Assembly (NCBI RefSeq): GCF_003003885.1
Contig: NZ_PVWN01000003.1
Location: 136,520-168,519 of the forward strand
DNA length: 32,000 nucleotides
Direction: 5' to 3'
Source of the DNA: Chlorogloea sp. CCALA 695
GTDB taxonomy: Bacteria > Cyanobacteriota > Cyanobacteriia > Cyanobacteriales > Chroococcidiopsidaceae
In this document: positions 27,446 through 32,000 of the stretch, piece by piece
Numbering within the stretch: position 1 is the stretch's first letter
How the letters are laid out: each line of letters begins with the position of its first letter
Translations under genes and position numbers: made by a program
The notes under the pieces: generated by a model
The model's database searches: none
What the model was told of the DNA's origin: nothing
Seen by the model: only the letters and a program-made list of their open reading frames with translations

Positions 27446-27450
27446 TCAAC
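27446..27450. repeat. Target-site duplication copy 2 (TCAAC)
   Basis: Identical to 16722-16726. The base just inside the element at this end (A, 27445) equals the host base preceding the other TSD copy (A, 16721), so a 6-bp duplication cannot be excluded. Confidence 0.8.
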
Positions 27451-27513
27451 CTCTACACCTACTTTGACGGCATCAATCCCAACAATTGCCGCACTCCATA
27501 CTCTTGCTAACAT
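27451..27513 (-). pseudogene. comM: comM/yifB 5' fragment (start codon plus first ~21 codons)
   Basis: The minus strand reads ATG TTA GCA AGA GTA TGG AGT GCG GCA ATT GTT GGG ATT GAT GCC GTC AAA GTA GGT GTA GAG (MLARVWSAAIVGIDAVKVGVE). It continues in frame through the TSD (GTTGA) into VDVSGGLP at 16726. Confidence 0.88.
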
Positions 27514-27568
27514 TTATTTCATTACCATAACCATTTAGAATCTGTAGCAGAAATACCTGTGAATCTGC

Positions 27569-27919
27569 ATGAGTGAAACTACAGAGACAATTTTTAGTAA
27601 AATTATTCGTCGGGAAATACCCGCAGATATTGTTTACGAAGATGAATTGGCGATCGCCTTTAAAGATGTCCATCCTCAAGCCCCCGTCCATATCTTAGTT
27701 ATCCCCAAGCAGCCAATTAAATCTTTAGCTGATGTTACATCTGGCGATCAAGACTTAATGAGTCATTTATTAGTGACGGCTCAACAAGTTGCTCTCAATG
27801 CTGGGCTTACTAATGGCTACCGCTTGGTCATTAATACTGGCAATGATGGCGGTCAAACCGTTTCCCACATTCACTTACACATTTTGGGCGGCAGACAAAT
27901 GACTTGGCCCCCCGGTTGA
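27569..27919 (+). CDS. HIT (histidine triad) family protein
   Basis: 116 aa with the histidine triad HIHLHILGG and an N-terminal FSKIIRREIPA. Confidence 0.9.
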   Translation: MSETTETIFSKIIRREIPADIVYEDELAIAFKDVHPQAPVHILVIPKQPIKSLADVTSGDQDLMSHLLVTAQQVALNAGLTNGYRLVINTGNDGGQTVSHIHLHILGGRQMTWPPG

Positions 27920-28054
27920 ACTATAAGCAAAACTGATTACTCTCATAACCTTAGCCAAATTAAAATACCTTTACAAAACTAAATAGAGGAGGTAGATTGA
28001 ATACAAGGAAGCAAAAAACTTCTGATTATCCAAAAATCAAGCAATCATAAAGAA

Positions 28055-29137
28055 ATGACAACAACATTACAAAGACGCGAAAGCGCCAGCGTATGGGAAA
28101 GATTCTGTAGCTGGGTAACATCCACCGAAAACCGTCTATACGTAGGCTGGTTCGGAGTATTGATGATCCCCACACTACTAGCAGCAACAACCTGCTTCAT
28201 CATCGCCTTCATCGCCGCACCACCAGTAGACATCGACGGCATCCGCGAGCCAGTAGCAGGTTCATTAATCTACGGAAACAACATCATCACCGGTGCAGTA
28301 GTACCATCCTCGAACGCCATCGGCTTGCACTTCTACCCAATATGGGAAGCAGCATCATTGGACGAATGGTTGTACAACGGCGGCCCTTACCAATTAGTAG
28401 TATTCCACTTCTTAATCGGAATATTCTGCTACATGGGACGTGAGTGGGAACTATCATACAGACTCGGAATGCGCCCCTGGATTGCAGTAGCTTATTCCGC
28501 ACCAGTAGCCGCAGCAACAGCAGTATTTTTAATCTACCCAATCGGACAAGGATCATTTTCCGACGGGATGCCTTTAGGAATCAGTGGAACATTCAACTTC
28601 ATGTTAGTATTCCAAGCGGAACACAACATCTTGATGCACCCCTTCCACCAGTTAGGAGTAGCCGGAGTATTCGGCGGTTCATTATTCAGCGCCATGCACG
28701 GCAGCTTGGTAACATCAAGCCTAGTTCGTGAAACAACAGAAACCGAAAGCCAAAACTACGGATACAAATTCGGACAAGAAGAAGAAACCTACAACATCGT
28801 TGCAGCCCACGGCTACTTCGGACGGTTGATCTTCCAATACGCATCATTCAACAACAGCCGCAGCTTGCACTTCTTCCTAGCAGCATGGCCAGTAATTGGC
28901 ATCTGGTTTACATCCTTGGGCATCAGCACCATGGCATTCAACCTCAACGGATTCAACTTCAACCAGTCAGTAATTGACTCTCAAGGACAAGTAATCGGCA
29001 CTTGGGCAGACGTACTCAACCGCGCTAACTTAGGAATGGAAGTAATGCACGAGCGCAATGCTCACAACTTCCCTCTAGACTTGGCTGCGGGTGAAGCGAC
29101 ACCAGTTGCTCTAACTGCTCCAGCGATCAACGGTTAA
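28055..29137 (+). CDS. psbA: Photosystem II reaction-centre protein D1
   Basis: 360 aa of unmistakable D1 sequence ([25 protein letters not shown]). Residue 130 is Glu (YMGREWELS), as in D1:2-type isoforms. Confidence 0.98.
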   Translation: MTTTLQRRESASVWERFCSWVTSTENRLYVGWFGVLMIPTLLAATTCFIIAFIAAPPVDIDGIREPVAGSLIYGNNIITGAVVPSSNAIGLHFYPIWEAASLDEWLYNGGPYQLVVFHFLIGIFCYMGREWELSYRLGMRPWIAVAYSAPVAAATAVFLIYPIGQGSFSDGMPLGISGTFNFMLVFQAEHNILMHPFHQLGVAGVFGGSLFSAMHGSLVTSSLVRETTETESQNYGYKFGQEEETYNIVAAHGYFGRLIFQYASFNNSRSLHFFLAAWPVIGIWFTSLGISTMAFNLNGFNFNQSVIDSQGQVIGTWADVLNRANLGMEVMHERNAHNFPLDLAAGEATPVALTAPAING

Positions 29138-29166
29138 TTTTTAACCCGACATAGCTAATATATTTA

Positions 29167-29200
29167 AAGCGCTCTCCATCATGGAGGGCGCTTTTTATTT
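29167..29200 (+). terminator. Rho-independent terminator after psbA
   Basis: AAGCGCTCTCCA-TCA-TGGAGGGCGCTT stem-loop with one mismatch, followed by TTTTATTTGTTTTT. Confidence 0.75.
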
Positions 29201-29331
29201 GTTTTTAATATGCGATCGCACTTCCTTCACTTCAGAGTGTCATTATAGATATAGAACGTTTTGGAGATAAGACAACGGTTTACGCACGCCCTTTAGCTCG
29301 ATTAATAGAGCAACTACAACGCTTACCAGGA

Positions 29332-29871
29332 GTGGGGCCTAAAACCGCTCAACGCCTAGCGCTACATATACTTAAACGCCCCGAAGCTGAGGTACAAGCT
29401 TTAGCTCAAGCCTTAGTTGAAGCTAAACAACAAATTGGCTTATGTTCAGTTTGCTTTAATTTATCTGCCCAGCCGACTTGCGAAATCTGCCGTAACTCTA
29501 ACCGCGATAATAATACAATTTGTGTGGTTGCCGATGCTCGTGACGTAATTGCTCTGGAAAAAACTAGAGAGTATAACGGCAAATATCATGTATTAGGGGG
29601 AGTGCTTTCGCCTATGGAAGGTATTGGTACAGAGCAACTAAACATTCAACCCCTGGTGCGGAGAGTTAGTCAAGAGCAGCCTAAAGAAATTATCTTAGCT
29701 ATTAGTCCTAGCGTAGAAGGCGAAACAACAACTTTGTATGTAGGACAATTGCTTAAGCCTTTTACAAAAGTTACGAGAATTGCTTTTGGGCTACCTGTGG
29801 GTGGCGAATTAGAGTATGCAGACGAAATCACTTTAGCTAGAGCTTTAGAAGGTCGCAGAGAGTTAGATTAA
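29332..29871 (+). CDS. recR: Recombination protein RecR (annotated from the first canonical start; conserved N-terminus extends upstream)
   Basis: C4 zinc finger ([12 protein letters not shown]), Toprim domain and HhH ([11 protein letters not shown]). The in-frame upstream sequence from 29275 encodes [19 protein letters not shown], which belongs to RecR, but no ATG, GTG or TTG is in frame back to the stop at 29206. Confidence 0.85.
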   Translation: MGPKTAQRLALHILKRPEAEVQALAQALVEAKQQIGLCSVCFNLSAQPTCEICRNSNRDNNTICVVADARDVIALEKTREYNGKYHVLGGVLSPMEGIGTEQLNIQPLVRRVSQEQPKEIILAISPSVEGETTTLYVGQLLKPFTKVTRIAFGLPVGGELEYADEITLARALEGRRELD

Positions 29872-31241
29872 TCATACTTGCTACCAATAAAACCAGTAGC
29901 AAAATTTTGACTCCGCGTTGGCGATAAAGTCCTAGCTTTGAGAATCGCCGCCATCAAAAAAGCGTAAGACAATATCCCCACCAGCGCTAAGAATAAGCCG
30001 CTAAGTAGACCTGTAGCATTCCATAACGCATGAAGAGCCGCCGCCGTGAAGTATCCCACCGCTAAAATTTGCCAGCGTTTGCGCGGCTTTAATACGCTTA
30101 AACCAATGAAATAACCCAAATAGCCACTATAAGCCATGTGTCCGGCTACAGAGCCAATAATTCGGGGAATTAATAACTGCAATCCTACCAATTGACCAAT
30201 CCCCTCTCCCGATTGCCAGCCTACATTGCGGCTAATTTCTGGGACGTATTGACCGAGAGTTTCGATTAGTGTAAAGCCCACCGCCGAAGCTGTACCTAAC
30301 AAAATGCCGTCTAAAGGCTCCCAAACACCGATGCGCTCTCGCCAAGGAGTGCGAAGCTTCTGACCGATCAAATAAGCAGCTATTATCGGCAAAGCTTTCA
30401 GTAATTCTTCCATCAACCCAGCGCCGAAGAACATTCTTAGCAACAATTGAGGAAAACCAATTGCTTCCTCAAGTAGGGGTAAGCGTCCGGGGAGAATATT
30501 ACGGAAAATTAAAATAAATAGGGGTAATATCGGACTTAGTAAGATTAATCCGGTAGCTATTGCCATGCTAAACAATACCCACCAAGGTTTATGTTTGCCA
30601 CAAAGTTGATAAACAAAATAGTAGGCAATTCCAGCTAAATAGATAGCTACAAGCATTTGATTAAAAAATGCTGTCTCTGGTTGTCCTACAGTGGCAAACA
30701 TTAATATTACAAATACGACAGTAAATATACCTGGGATTAAATAACCTTTTTTAGTTAAATCTCGTCCGGTGGAAAAGATCGGAAATAACTGAGTAAAACT
30801 GACTCCGGGATCGGTTTGCGAGTTTGGAGTTAGGCTACCTGGCGGTGGCGGGGCTTGGAAAAATTGAAAGCTAAACTCTGGCCCGTTGTTACCAAGAATA
30901 AAGCGATCGCCTACAAGTAACTTTCGGCATCCTAATAGCGATTCTCCATTGATATACGTGCCATTGACGCTATTGAGGTCGCAAAGGAGCCAACTATTCG
31001 TTGTTAAGGGACGGATGGCGACATGGCGGCGGGACACTACACCATAGGAGCTATCAAGCACAATTTGGCAGCTAGGATCGCGTCCGATCGCAATCTCTTG
31101 GTCTGGGGAAAGTAAGTAGCGGCGAGAAACGGGTGGCGCAGCATTGGCGATCCCTGCGGTGGTCGGCAATTGCTGTAAATAATACCCCTCACCAAATTGC
31201 TCTTTCATCTTTGCCATGCTGCAAGTAGCAACAGCATACAA
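29868..31241 (-). CDS. FHA domain fused to a PrsW-family intramembrane protease
   Basis: 457 aa. N-terminal FHA ([33 protein letters not shown]), then multiple TM helices carrying [21 protein letters not shown] and HALWN motifs typical of PrsW. Confidence 0.75.
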   Translation of the reverse strand: MYAVATCSMAKMKEQFGEGYYLQQLPTTAGIANAAPPVSRRYLLSPDQEIAIGRDPSCQIVLDSSYGVVSRRHVAIRPLTTNSWLLCDLNSVNGTYINGESLLGCRKLLVGDRFILGNNGPEFSFQFFQAPPPPGSLTPNSQTDPGVSFTQLFPIFSTGRDLTKKGYLIPGIFTVVFVILMFATVGQPETAFFNQMLVAIYLAGIAYYFVYQLCGKHKPWWVLFSMAIATGLILLSPILPLFILIFRNILPGRLPLLEEAIGFPQLLLRMFFGAGLMEELLKALPIIAAYLIGQKLRTPWRERIGVWEPLDGILLGTASAVGFTLIETLGQYVPEISRNVGWQSGEGIGQLVGLQLLIPRIIGSVAGHMAYSGYLGYFIGLSVLKPRKRWQILAVGYFTAAALHALWNATGLLSGLFLALVGILSYAFLMAAILKARTLSPTRSQNFATGFIGSKYD

Positions 31242-31279
31242 CTAAAGCGCGAATTTATTAAACGTAATCAAGGCAACTG

Positions 31280-31480
31280 CTACTGCTTATTGGCATCGCG
31301 GACAGCAGCAAAGAAACAGAACACTGTTAAAGGAACACTCAGGGCTAAAATAATACTTGTATTCAAGCTGCCTAAATCAGGAGTACCAGAAGCTAGTTCA
31401 AAAATTGAACCTACTGAAGCGATCGCACTTATACAACAACCACCTAAAAATAAACCGCTTTTGGGGGTCATTGCATTCAT
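31280..31480 (-). CDS. Small two-TM membrane protein
   Basis: 66-aa hydrophobic ORF. Its ATG overlaps the def stop (ATGA), suggesting translational coupling. Confidence 0.45.
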   Translation of the reverse strand: MNAMTPKSGLFLGGCCISAIASVGSIFELASGTPDLGSLNTSIILALSVPLTVFCFFAAVRDANKQ

Positions 31481-32000
31481 GACGATTTACCTTGAGGGAT
31501 GGGTTTTACAGCTTTTGCCGAAAAGCCTTGTTTAGTTAATTCTTGAGTTAATTGGATGCTATTTTGAACGCGATCTACAAATAGTATGCCATTAAGGTGA
31601 TCGATTTCGTGCTGAATGCAGCGCGATAGTAATTCTGTCGCTGTTAAGGTTTGCGGACGACCATGTTCGTCTTTGTAGGCTATTTCTACCATTTGAGGGC
31701 GCGTTACATCCATATACACATTGGGGATGCTCAAACAACCTTCCGAAGCTACGCATAACTCTGGGCTGAGGCGCGCGATCATCGGATTAATTAGTATTAA
31801 GGGTGGATTAGCGGGATTCTCTGGATCGCAGTCGATGACGATTAGCTGTTTTTGTACGGCTACTTGGGGCGCGGCTAAACCAATCCCATCGGCACTGTAC
31901 ATTGTTTGAAGCATTTCCCGTGCTAATTGACGAATTTCTGCGTCTACTTTCGCCACCCGTTTATTGTTTTGCCGTAAAGCCCGATCGCCCAAATAGCAAA
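31477..32000 (-). CDS. def: Peptide deformylase (5' end beyond the window)
   Basis: GIGLAAPQV, EGCLSIP and QHEIDHLNG motifs. The reading frame stays open to the window edge (..CYLGDRALRQ), so the true start lies outside. Confidence 0.92.
   Translation of the reverse strand, partial: CYLGDRALRQNNKRVAKVDAEIRQLAREMLQTMYSADGIGLAAPQVAVQKQLIVIDCDPENPANPPLILINPMIARLSPELCVASEGCLSIPNVYMDVTRPQMVEIAYKDEHGRPQTLTATELLSRCIQHEIDHLNGILFVDRVQNSIQLTQELTKQGFSAKAVKPIPQGKSS

Noticed and set aside
27446-27568. Expected a tRNA gene next to the target-proximal end, as is usual for V-K CASTs
   Set aside because: No tRNA-like sequence (T-loop GGTTCGAATCC-type, acceptor pairing) is visible in either flank. The flank is instead the comM 5' end and its promoter region.
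28287-28731. ORFs of 89 aa (minus) and 95 aa (plus) inside psbA
   Set aside because: They are alternative-frame and antisense artefacts within the unmistakable D1 coding sequence.
31197-31535. 112-aa plus-strand ORF overlapping the FHA-PrsW start, the small membrane ORF and the def 3' end
   Set aside because: It is antisense to three co-oriented, translationally coupled genes, and its composition is typical of a shadow ORF.

Overview
Cyanobacterial chromosome segment with frequent GCGATCGC (HIP1) octamers and proteins resembling those of filamentous cyanobacteria. Housekeeping genes present: lysS (with KTSC tail), a GNAT, a COP23-like protein, DUF427, gltX, a glycosyltransferase, corA, hemH (with CAB tail), purB, a HIT protein, psbA, recR, an FHA-PrsW fusion and def. 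There are three accessory patches. (1) 2.3-4.5 kb: three copies of a dispersed intergenic repeat, a toxin-antitoxin pair whose toxin carries an in-frame TAA, a Uma2 nuclease, and an orphan antitoxin with a possible PIN stub. (2) 13.1-15.1 kb: a C-R-M restriction-modification unit with a canonical C-box, a related site at the M promoter, and an apparently frameshifted R gene. (3) The main item is a 10,719-bp type V-K CRISPR-associated transposon (CAST) at 16727-27445. Its order is tnsB-tnsC-tniQ, then Z1-domain ATPase plus C5-methyltransferase cargo, then cvkR, then cas12k-tracrRNA-six-repeat array. It is bounded by ends rich in TnsB sites and a 5-bp TSD (TCAAC), and it splits comM/yifB at codon 22/23. 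The array-terminal spacer, behind a diverged repeat, matches codons 2-9 of comM next to a GTT PAM 63 bp from the element end. This looks like a self-encoded homing guide aimed at a protein-coding attachment site rather than a tRNA gene. tnsB carries an in-frame TAG and one terminus reads TGTATA instead of TGTACA, so the element may be immobilised. The same 15-nt CvkR-type operator sits upstream of both tnsB and cas12k.
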